This document shows positions 44,001-51,118 of a stretch of DNA of 64,000 bases, piece by piece. Origin of the DNA: a virus; IMG/VR virus record IMGVR_UViG_3300036715_002842, positions 32,001 through 96,000 of that record; one strand, given 5' to 3'. The notes beneath the pieces were generated by a model, which worked only from the letters and a program-made list of their open reading frames with translations, did no database searches and was not told the origin of the DNA. The stretch's first letter is position 1, and the number at the start of each line of letters is the position of its first letter. The translations under genes and the position numbers were made by a program.

Positions 44001-44319
44001 TATGGGTGGAAAATACGTGGAAGGTATCGAGTTTACGGACGATACAGGGAGCAGTTTGATCAAGCAGGTTATCATTGTAGGAGTTCCATTTAATCCTCCC
44101 TCTGAAGAGCTTACCCAGGTGGAAGAATACTATCAGAAGGTGTTCGGTTGGAACCCTTGGGATTGCCGTGCTGCTTTCTGGTATGGTCCGGTCAAAGAGA
44201 AGGTTTTGCAGGCAAGAGGCCGTTCTGTCCGAAATCTTACAGATAGAGCGAAAATTGTCTTCATGGATAGTAGATATGTTACAGACAATACACTAAGAAC
44301 CGCGTTAAACCTTCTCTAA
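41086..44319 (+). CDS. Rad3/XPD/DinG-family helicase
   Basis: EAPTGTGKT, VRTRSQ, candidate Fe-S cysteines, CDEAH, GGKYVEGIEF, IIVGVPF and QARGRSVR. Confidence 0.88.
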   Translation: MMDLVTLTQQRLDYLQAYIDLVPEEFKSKDFEYDYTRGYDCLVSLDMPLANVPEWAGAWINLARWNCGVLPGVQQLQTPEQKTQFNKLRKTVLSILSYILNDTNFPAITTILDRIPRAMGRNQWITDFLREDQIVVVNQARQYLAYNAASYTQTFYQTKEEFSRIYPNLKSFLNTPVLMQDLNNVNLVEAPTGTGKTRISIVANMNRFSWTNDLAVNTVASDQLLVFVRTRSQTQSFIKESNRLGLTVACPISQGLGCDAHNTTNRLLLANLENIIYRTSNKHSYAEIWVPRAVPIELYDYNLNQESTETSSFGRMLRKVIEIGLNHTDLKPFLAEVKKAGIGNALMECFRNKDLKKDMQEYLSSTTQKCASCKAGQLSIEKDVKKHDLQDLPYFPQLKSDFFDFSKAGKNVDINFLAHFYQNERGWCGRKESQENLDKKDVLILTYNWLTDVDLSAQLIKRFEKVYLDDDNPDHDFQILEKAVICDEAHTLYNYNYTFSFGFSNLIQTVVDLQRLKLLLSYPSFKLKGMDMMVANPYFSKHFKPLRLEVPVNGKEKFIVDDVEGYYAGIWHTLHSINEGIYQVLNQLNFTKNDRPMIANLYQALIGGGYGLPWKIYSCFDDPVSTFKMDYEMGDHAAKVMACYTQMNEVYTQLDYLTTTLELDKKTREADIQTLLKEESVAGGPWVRDYRKAWQTFPDRDKVTIRKYVNHLEHLYVDPIRDLAKIAAETRDFLLLSLEVLYSGSGDKTRILAVGSEDDDKNGLDYRPFDKFRLVGLESPMEMNPAFIEATFKSYKFYDLYNTKGNIYIDSCRFRGYYKKVSCSLKVNRPAIQWALRPYSYVTFLTGTAPAPTIWKSKSGFNQFNVSTYPVQKNPFEYEFVADVTLTYANRSRDNYKKLATNIFKRTQAKQTLVCYPSGKVLEDIRKIYEEDCTEFPGYLDANLFETKGAKLSLDDIQKYVEGQKDGAVHVVMGGKYVEGIEFTDDTGSSLIKQVIIVGVPFNPPSEELTQVEEYYQKVFGWNPWDCRAAFWYGPVKEKVLQARGRSVRNLTDRAKIVFMDSRYVTDNTLRTALNLL

Positions 44320-44329
44320 GAGGTAATCC

Positions 44330-44500
44330 ATGGCTGTACTGTGTCAAGTGATTGGTCCTGAGGATCTGGATGTCCAGGTCTCCTTCGAACTTCCTCCGCT
44401 AGCAGGGGATGAGGTTCAGATTACGGAAAAGGTCTTTAAAGTTCTTCGTCGTCGCTGGATTCTCGGTCAAGAGCCCAGCCTCATCCTCACTGTGGAGTAA
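44330..44500 (+). CDS. Small hypothetical protein (56 aa, not in the ORF track)
   Basis: GAGGT RBS; fills the gap between the helicase and folE. Confidence 0.55.
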   Translation: MAVLCQVIGPEDLDVQVSFELPPLAGDEVQITEKVFKVLRRRWILGQEPSLILTVE

Positions 44501-44503
44501 TAC

Positions 44504-45154
44504 ATGTCAACAGACCAAACTGTCGTGGTAGCCTTGAATGGCACCAAGAGCACCCTCTCCAACAGAATTTCCAAGATCAAGCTGAAAGCGGCCACGAAAG
44601 GCATTCGTGCTCTTCTGGAAGTGATTGGAGAGAACCCAGATCGTGAAGGTCTCTTGAAGACTCCACATCGCGTTGTAAAGGCTCTCCTCGAACAGACTGA
44701 GGGCTTGACCATGGACCCGATCTCAGCTCTGGGTACGGTCTTCAAGGAAGACATTCACTACGACGAGATCATCCTGAAGAAGAACATCGAGTTCAATAGC
44801 CTCTGCGAACACCACCTGCTGAACTTCACCGGGCATGTGGACATCGCATACATTCCCAACCAGGAAATCGGTGTGGTGGGTCTTTCCAAGCTGAGCCGTG
44901 TGGTGGATGTCTTCGCCAAGCGCCCTCAGGTACAGGAACGTATGACAGTCCAGATCGCGGATGCAATCGAGCAAGCTCTGAAGCCCGCTGGCGTAGCAGT
45001 TCGTGTAACTGCCATGCATAGCTGCGTTCGTTGCCGTGGGGTCCAGAAGCAGAACACCGAGATGGTTACCCAGGTCCTTCGCGGGGAATTCCGTGAGAAG
45101 GCTGAGGTCCGTCAGGAGTTCAGCGATCTACTTCAAAACGGTGGAAATAAGTAA
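44504..45154 (+). CDS. folE: GTP cyclohydrolase I
   Basis: REGLLKTPHRV, SLCEHHL, GLSKLSR, QVQERMT and HSCVRCRGV. Confidence 0.96.
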   Translation: MSTDQTVVVALNGTKSTLSNRISKIKLKAATKGIRALLEVIGENPDREGLLKTPHRVVKALLEQTEGLTMDPISALGTVFKEDIHYDEIILKKNIEFNSLCEHHLLNFTGHVDIAYIPNQEIGVVGLSKLSRVVDVFAKRPQVQERMTVQIADAIEQALKPAGVAVRVTAMHSCVRCRGVQKQNTEMVTQVLRGEFREKAEVRQEFSDLLQNGGNK

Positions 45155-45163
45155 GGGGCACCA

Positions 45164-45532
45164 ATGGGTGGAATCGCCGCAGGAAACCGCTTTCATCTAA
45201 AAGATGAAACTGGTAGGGTCCTGCACAAGACGGGGAACCTCGTTACCCTGAACAAGCTGGACCTTCACTACAAGAAGCTGGGCCAGAAGATCACGATGTG
45301 GGATTCCAAGTCCAACAGTGAAGCCTTCATCCCGGATAGCATTAAAAAAGGGGAACGGAAAGTAACCCTACCCCAAGCCGAAGTAGACTTTCAGATCTTT
45401 CCGGATTTCGTTATGATGCGAGTCAGCGATGGACCCTGGTGTACCCTGAGAGAAGACGATGCCAAAGTTTTTCGTATGGTTTCTAACCGTTTGAGCGCCT
45501 TGGCATTGGCAAAGCAAATCCTCGAGAAGTAA
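45164..45532 (+). CDS. Hypothetical protein
   Basis: AAGGGG RBS, follows folE. Confidence 0.6.
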   Translation: MGGIAAGNRFHLKDETGRVLHKTGNLVTLNKLDLHYKKLGQKITMWDSKSNSEAFIPDSIKKGERKVTLPQAEVDFQIFPDFVMMRVSDGPWCTLREDDAKVFRMVSNRLSALALAKQILEK

Positions 45533-45546
45533 AACTTGATTCCTCA

Positions 45547-45585
45547 AAATATGCCCTTGACAATTTAATGGTCAAGGGCATATTT
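45547..45585 (+). promoter_or_regulatory. Promoter embedded in a perfect 15-bp inverted repeat
   Basis: AAATATGCCCTTGAC-N9-GTCAAGGGCATATTT, containing TTGACA-N16-CATATT. Confidence 0.7.
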
Positions 45586-45604
45586 ATTAGTGGGAGGAAA
45601 GTCC

Positions 45605-47869
45605 ATGAAGCTTGAAGTAGATAGCTCCGAGATCCTGAAGTCGGACCTTGGTGTCCAGCAGGCGTTCACGATCAAGGCGACCGCGAAAGCCTTCTCCATT
45701 CTGAGCTCCGGCCTTTATTCAGACAAGATCTGGGCCATTCTCCGGGAACTGTGTGCCAACGCCCAGGATTCCCACATCGAAGCCAAGAAGAGTCACGTAC
45801 CCTTTGAGATCCATCTCCCAGATCACTGGGACAGCCATTTCTGGGTCGAGGATTTCGGTATGGGCCTCTCCCACGAGGATGTGCTTCATCTCTATACCAC
45901 CTACTTCGAGAGCACCCGGAACAAGTCGAACGATTTCACTGGCGCCCTGGGCCTCGGCAGTAAGAGCCCTTTCAGCTATACCGACTGCTTCAGCGTTACC
46001 AGCACTTACGAAGGTGTGGTGCGCAACTATTCTGCGTACCTGGATGAAACCGGTTGTCCCAACATCACGCTGATGTCCGAACAACCTGCCGAGACCGGCA
46101 AGGTGAATGGCGTCAAGGTTGCCTTCGTCACTCGGCAAGGGGATCAGGATTCCTTCCGCACCAAGATCTGTGGTGTGCTGGAGTTCTTCGACAACTACAA
46201 GATCATCAACCCTCAGCCCCCTCAGATCTGGCGTCAGAGTTACGGCTTCATCAATACCAACTGGGCTCTGCGGGAGCGCGATCGGGTGAAGAACTATTCC
46301 GGCGCCCGCATCATCCAGGGTCCCATCGCCTATCCCCTGAACATCAAGAACTGCACCGATCCGGTTTACAAGGTTCTCTCCCAGCTCCCGATCGACATCT
46401 TCGTCAACATTGGTGACCTGGACATCGCGGCTTCCCGCGAAGAACTCTCCTACACCAAGGGGACCATCGACAAGATCCTTGTTCTCCTGGCCGAGATCAA
46501 GGATGTGATCGTTGCCGAGCTGGAATCCAGCCTGACTCCCTGCAAGACTGACTGGGAGCGCGTGCAGCAGGTGGTTCGCACCAAGTTCCGCAACCAGGTT
46601 TACCAGCGCGTTTACGAGAACTTCAGCTCCGACATCTTCAAGGGTGGATTCCGGTTCGCCAGCGGTGAACTGAAGGTCAATCTGAACTCCTACGATTTCC
46701 TGACCGTTCGAGGCATCACTTCGCAGGAACGGAAGTTCGTCTCCTACACCAAGAACAACTCCAAGGCAACCATCAAGATCAATACCAACAGTGAAGTCCT
46801 CTTCATCTACAACGATGTCAAGGTCAACGGTGAGCAGATCCTCAAGGATTTCCTGAAGACCAAGCGCGGCACGATGATCTACTTCGCTTCTCCCAGCGGT
46901 CTGTGGACCTGGGAAGAGATCAAGACCCCGAAGCCGACCATTGAGAACCCCAAGGCAGTGGTGGTCACTCGCAAACGGGTTGCTCTTGGAACCCCCGATG
47001 ATTCCTATAAGCAGTTCGAAGAGTTCATCGATGCCTGCGGCAACCCAGAGTTCATCAAGCTGTCCTCCATCCTGGCTGGCGTGCCAAAGGCCGTGGTGGT
47101 TCGCGAGAAGATCAATGCCTACCTGTTCAACAAGCACGGTTACGGCACTGCCGATCGTTGGAAGGAAAAGCAGGACTTCGACATCGCGGTCCCCAAGTAT
47201 TACGTGGAAATGTCCTACTTCCGCCCGATCAAGCTCGGTGCCAGTTCCAGTGACGATACCTACACCATGGATCAGTTCGTGGAACACCGGAAGCTCCTGA
47301 TCGACCTGGGCCTAATCACTTCCGACACCGAGATCTATGGTATTCCCCGCTCGACCATGAAGAAGTCCATCGAGAAGGATCCGAACTGGATCCCCTTCTT
47401 CCCTGCCATGAAGGACAAGGCGATCAAGACCTTCGAGCCTCTGGAACAGGATTGGCATCTGGCGATCCTCGTCAGCAATGTCGAGGATTTCTACAAGAAC
47501 TACGCGCAGGACAAGAGCCTCGAGAATATGGTTCCATGCGCTTTCAAGACCTACCTCGAGACCATCAAGACCCACCTGAAGGTCAAGGCGCCGAAGCACA
47601 ACTGGAACACCGTACTGCGCTTCTACGATTACCAGTTCAAGCCTTCCGTACACAAGGATCTGAAGACTCCCCAGTTCGTCAAGCTCTATCCCCTGTTCTA
47701 CTGTAACATCAACAGCTACAACACCACGGACACTTACCGGAACCTGACTCACTACGTGAACCTGATCGAAGCCGAGAACGAAGTCAAGCGCGCCGAAGAA
47801 GAGATCACCAAGATGTTCAAGATTCCGGTTATTCCTGCTGACGGCGTAAATTCCACCTTGACAGTTTAA
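45605..47869 (+). CDS. rIIA: rIIA-like protein (GHKL/Hsp90-type ATPase N-terminus)
   Basis: KAFSILSSGLYSDKI.AILRELCANAQDSH, DFGMGLS, GALGLGSKSPFSY and SREELSY. Confidence 0.92.
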   Translation: MKLEVDSSEILKSDLGVQQAFTIKATAKAFSILSSGLYSDKIWAILRELCANAQDSHIEAKKSHVPFEIHLPDHWDSHFWVEDFGMGLSHEDVLHLYTTYFESTRNKSNDFTGALGLGSKSPFSYTDCFSVTSTYEGVVRNYSAYLDETGCPNITLMSEQPAETGKVNGVKVAFVTRQGDQDSFRTKICGVLEFFDNYKIINPQPPQIWRQSYGFINTNWALRERDRVKNYSGARIIQGPIAYPLNIKNCTDPVYKVLSQLPIDIFVNIGDLDIAASREELSYTKGTIDKILVLLAEIKDVIVAELESSLTPCKTDWERVQQVVRTKFRNQVYQRVYENFSSDIFKGGFRFASGELKVNLNSYDFLTVRGITSQERKFVSYTKNNSKATIKINTNSEVLFIYNDVKVNGEQILKDFLKTKRGTMIYFASPSGLWTWEEIKTPKPTIENPKAVVVTRKRVALGTPDDSYKQFEEFIDACGNPEFIKLSSILAGVPKAVVVREKINAYLFNKHGYGTADRWKEKQDFDIAVPKYYVEMSYFRPIKLGASSSDDTYTMDQFVEHRKLLIDLGLITSDTEIYGIPRSTMKKSIEKDPNWIPFFPAMKDKAIKTFEPLEQDWHLAILVSNVEDFYKNYAQDKSLENMVPCAFKTYLETIKTHLKVKAPKHNWNTVLRFYDYQFKPSVHKDLKTPQFVKLYPLFYCNINSYNTTDTYRNLTHYVNLIEAENEVKRAEEEITKMFKIPVIPADGVNSTLTV

Positions 47870-47885
47870 TTGTCAAGGGTATATT
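47856..47885 (+). promoter_or_regulatory. Promoter with CCTTGACA-N7-TGTCAAGG palindrome
   Basis: TTGACA-N16-TATATT; same palindrome geometry as at 45547. Confidence 0.7.
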
Positions 47886-47925
47886 TAAAAGTCTCAGAGC
47901 AGTTCACCCTTCAAAGGAGCCACAC

Positions 47926-48927
47926 ATGGCTGAAACGTATCCGTTCATTATCCACCGCAACTTCCTGAACGTTGTCATCGGTGGCACGCCTTACACCCTC
48001 GACGCCAGTCACCAGGCGTTCGACGCCTGCGTGGAGGCAGTCAAGAAGGGTGACTGGGGCAAGGTCCAGACCCTGGTGAGCAAGGAGAAGATGATCAATG
48101 CGACCGGTGAGGGTCTGGTCACCTTCGCCAAGGGTCTGGTCTACTTCAAGGGGGAACCTGTTCACTCCACGCTGACGGTGCACATGCTGCGCCTGATGGA
48201 AGAGGGCAAGAACATCAAGCCGATGATCAAGTTCCTCGAGAACCTGATGTCGAACCCTTCCGTCACCGCCGTGACCGAGCTCTACAGCTTCCTGGAGAAG
48301 GGTGATCTGCCTCTGACCGAGGATGGTCACTTCCTGGCCTACAAGCGCATCAAGGGCAACTGGCGCGACATCCACAGCGGCACTGTCGATCACTCCATCG
48401 GCGCCAAGCCCTACATGGAGCGCGATCAGGTGGACTGGAACCGGAACAACACCTGCTCGACCGGCTTCCACTTCTGCAGCTTCAAGTATCTCTCCAGCTT
48501 CGCCTCCAAGGATCCCAGCTCGGATCGGATCGTGGTGGTCAAGATCAATCCCCGCGATGTGGTGAGCATCCCTGCTGACTATAACGACACCAAGGGTCGC
48601 GCCTGCACCTACGAGGTCTTCGCGGAAATCCAGGGTGCCAACAAGCTGGAAGTTCCTGCCTTCGATTCCTCCCTGGTGGTCACCACCCGGACCAAGTCCA
48701 AGGCCAAGAAGCGGAGCCGCGTCAAGGTCGAGGGTCGCACCCCGGCCGAGAAGAAGAAGAACGCCACGCGGGTCAAGAAGGCCAAGAAGGACGCGGTCAA
48801 GGAAGTCACCCGCAAGAGCCGCGCCAAGAAGAAGACCCCTGGCGCCATCTCGGCTGGCCCCGCCCGCGATGCCAACGGCCGCTTCATCAGCAACTCGGCC
48901 AAGAAGGCGCGTAGCCGCAAGCGGTAG
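47926..48927 (+). CDS. rIIB: rIIB-like protein with a Lys/Arg-rich tail
   Basis: FLENLMSNPS, ELYSFLE, LTEDGHFLAYK, CSTGFHFC, VKINPRDVVSIPADYN..KGRACTYEV. Confidence 0.92.
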   Translation: MAETYPFIIHRNFLNVVIGGTPYTLDASHQAFDACVEAVKKGDWGKVQTLVSKEKMINATGEGLVTFAKGLVYFKGEPVHSTLTVHMLRLMEEGKNIKPMIKFLENLMSNPSVTAVTELYSFLEKGDLPLTEDGHFLAYKRIKGNWRDIHSGTVDHSIGAKPYMERDQVDWNRNNTCSTGFHFCSFKYLSSFASKDPSSDRIVVVKINPRDVVSIPADYNDTKGRACTYEVFAEIQGANKLEVPAFDSSLVVTTRTKSKAKKRSRVKVEGRTPAEKKKNATRVKKAKKDAVKEVTRKSRAKKKTPGAISAGPARDANGRFISNSAKKARSRKR

Positions 48928-48935
48928 TCCAAACT

Positions 48936-48962
48936 GGTGGGGATCCTTCGGGTCCCCACCTT
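48936..48962 (+). terminator. Terminator-like hairpin with a UUCG loop
   Basis: GGTGGGGATCC TTCG GGTCCCCACC TT. Confidence 0.6.
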
Positions 48963-49008
48963 AGTTCTGTAACCCACGCCCATCAAGGGGCACTCATGAG
49001 GTACTACA

Positions 49009-49668
49009 ATGGAATGGATCAAAGCTCACAAGGGTCTGGTGTGGTTCATCGGCATCCCCCTGTTTGTCATCTTCAGCGGTCTGAGCTGCGTGGGCTCCTA
49101 CAACGGCCTCTACGAGACGGGCATCAAGATCGCTACCACCACGGATGAGCGCCTGAGCAACCTGGACGAGGCCTACCGTCACCGCGCAGACATCATTCCT
49201 AACATGGTCGAAACGGTCATGTCCGAGGTGGGCGCCGAGACCAAGCTGGATGTGGAATACGCCGAAGCTCGAGCCAAGATGGGTGGTCAGATCAAGCTGA
49301 CTCCTGAGGCCCTGAAGGATCCCAAGGCCATGGAAGCCTTCAAGACCCAGCAGGGAACTCTGGGCAACTTCCTGAGCCGGATCATGTCCGTGGCTGAGAA
49401 GATCCCAAATCCCAACTTCTCCAAAGCGTACGCGGATCTTCGTCGTACCCTGGATGGGGAGAACAATCGGATCGGAATCGCGATCAAGGACTATAATGCC
49501 GCCGCGAAGAAGAACAATGAGTGGATCCAGGCGCCACTCATCAGCGTGCGACGGTTCGTGGTCAGTGGAAGCACCGACAAGTTCTACAAGCGCGATTACT
49601 ACAAGGTCGAGGAGGAGAAGAAGGCCAATCCGAACCTCAAGGACCTGAACATGAGGACCAAGTCCTAA
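49009..49668 (+). CDS. lemA: LemA family membrane protein
   Basis: N-terminal TM then SYNGL, YRHRADIIPNMVETV and LDGENNRI...DYNAA. Confidence 0.85.
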   Translation: MEWIKAHKGLVWFIGIPLFVIFSGLSCVGSYNGLYETGIKIATTTDERLSNLDEAYRHRADIIPNMVETVMSEVGAETKLDVEYAEARAKMGGQIKLTPEALKDPKAMEAFKTQQGTLGNFLSRIMSVAEKIPNPNFSKAYADLRRTLDGENNRIGIAIKDYNAAAKKNNEWIQAPLISVRRFVVSGSTDKFYKRDYYKVEEEKKANPNLKDLNMRTKS

Positions 49669-49669
49669 C

Positions 49670-50410
49670 ATGCGCAACTTCCTTCTCACTCTTCTGGCTC
49701 TGGTAGGGCTTACGCTCCACGCAGAGTTCACCCCACCGCCGGCTCCTAAGGCTTGGGTGACGGATCAACCCAACGTGTTGAACAAGCAGACCAAGTCTGC
49801 CCTCACGCAGGAACTGATCGGGCTGGAAAAGAAGAACTCCTGCCAGGTGATCGTCTACATCACCAAGACCCATGGAGAAGTGCCCCTTCGGGAATGGACC
49901 CATGCGTGTGCTAGGGCTTGGGGAGTGGGGCAGAAGGATCTGGACAACGGTGCAATCCTTTTCGTATTCACTCATGATCATGAGATCCGTTTGGAGATGG
50001 GAACCCGACTCGAGGGTATCTTCCCAGATCTGATCTGCGGAGACATCACCAGCAAGCTCAAAGAGAAGCTGGACGCTCGGAAGGTCAATGAGGGTTTCTC
50101 CGAAGCGGTGACCACCATAGTCAATCGTGCCACAGCAGAATACAAAGCACCTGAAGGTTGGAAAGGCCCGGATCGAAGTTCATTCGGTACGGTGAACTAC
50201 AAGAACTACATCGCAATCGGCCTTGCCATCCTTGCCTTCATCCTCATCCTCGCAATTCTCAATGGTGTCGGATTCATCGACTTCGACATCCTCTCTTTCC
50301 TTTTCGGATTCATCTTTGGTCAGCTCCTGGGCGGTTCCTCTTCATCCTCAAGCGGTAGTAGCTTTGGCGGTGGTGGGGGAGACTTCTCCGGCGGCGGATC
50401 TGACGACTAA
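49670..50410 (+). CDS. TPM-domain (YgcG-like) membrane protein
   Basis: Signal peptide, VTDQPNVL, WGVGQKDLDNGAILFV, IRLEMG..LEG, TM segment and a GGGGDFSGGG tail. Confidence 0.88.
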   Translation: MRNFLLTLLALVGLTLHAEFTPPPAPKAWVTDQPNVLNKQTKSALTQELIGLEKKNSCQVIVYITKTHGEVPLREWTHACARAWGVGQKDLDNGAILFVFTHDHEIRLEMGTRLEGIFPDLICGDITSKLKEKLDARKVNEGFSEAVTTIVNRATAEYKAPEGWKGPDRSSFGTVNYKNYIAIGLAILAFILILAILNGVGFIDFDILSFLFGFIFGQLLGGSSSSSSGSSFGGGGGDFSGGGSDD

Positions 50411-50422
50411 CCAGGAGACCCC

Positions 50423-50974
50423 ATGAAGACCCTTCATGAACTTTTCAACTACCTCCACGAACACGTGGAAGCCTTCTTCAAGCACGACTCTGCGACCAAT
50501 ACCTACACAGTCCATCAGTCGATGAGCCATCCCATCGCCGTGGCTCGTGTGACACCTCGGGTCATCCAGGACATGGAGCGCGACAACATGCTGGAGCGCT
50601 ACGCAACCGGCTACAAGGTTCGCCAGCAACGTGTTCGCGAGATCTATACCCCGCGCCGGGAAGACTCCTCTTCCTCGCTGGGCTCTACGGCCTTGGGCGC
50701 CGGATTCGGTATCGCTGCAGGACTGGCCCTCAGCAACCTCTTCGATGGAGATGACCACAGCAGCTCCATCAGCCATCACGACGATGACTCCTTCACCGGT
50801 GGCGGGGGTGGGTTCTCCGGTGGCGGTTCTTCCGAATCCCCTTCGTACGATCCTCCCTCCCACTCGGATTCCAGCTCGAGCGACTGGGGTTCCTCGTCCA
50901 GCGATTCCAGTTCTTCGGATTCCAGTTCTTCGGATTCCAGTTCTTCGGATTCCAGTTCTTCGGATTCCGACTAA
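50423..50974 (+). CDS. Hypothetical protein with a Gly/Ser/Asp low-complexity tail
   Basis: AGGAG RBS, FTGGGGGFSGGGSS motif and DSSSS repeats. Confidence 0.7.
   Translation: MKTLHELFNYLHEHVEAFFKHDSATNTYTVHQSMSHPIAVARVTPRVIQDMERDNMLERYATGYKVRQQRVREIYTPRREDSSSSLGSTALGAGFGIAAGLALSNLFDGDDHSSSISHHDDDSFTGGGGGFSGGGSSESPSYDPPSHSDSSSSDWGSSSSDSSSSDSSSSDSSSSDSSSSDSD
50903..50968 (+). repeat. 15-bp tandem repeat GATTCCAGTTCTTCG x4.4 (encodes DSSSS)
   Basis: Seen directly. Confidence 0.9.
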
Positions 50975-51054
50975 AAAGGTCTGGAGCGCCGGGAGCTGAT
51001 GAAGGTGGGTCGAGTCCGTCTTCTGGACTAGAATTAGGCCCACCCTCCAACATT

Positions 51055-51084
51055 AGGGACCCGAAAGGGTCCCTTTTCCTGTTT
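51055..51084 (+). terminator. Intrinsic terminator
   Basis: AGGGACCC-GAAA-GGGTCCCT followed by a T-rich run. Confidence 0.8.
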
Positions 51085-51118
51085 TATGATGGTTAGAATA
51101 GACGAGGGAGACTCTACT

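Noticed and set aside
50903-50968. 15-bp tandem repeat as CRISPR or iteron
   Set aside because: No spacers; it is in frame and encodes the DSSSS tail.
50975-51050. Hammerhead ribozyme suggested by CTGATGA followed by a stem
   Set aside because: The required GAAA does not follow stem II; the nearby GAAA is the terminator loop.
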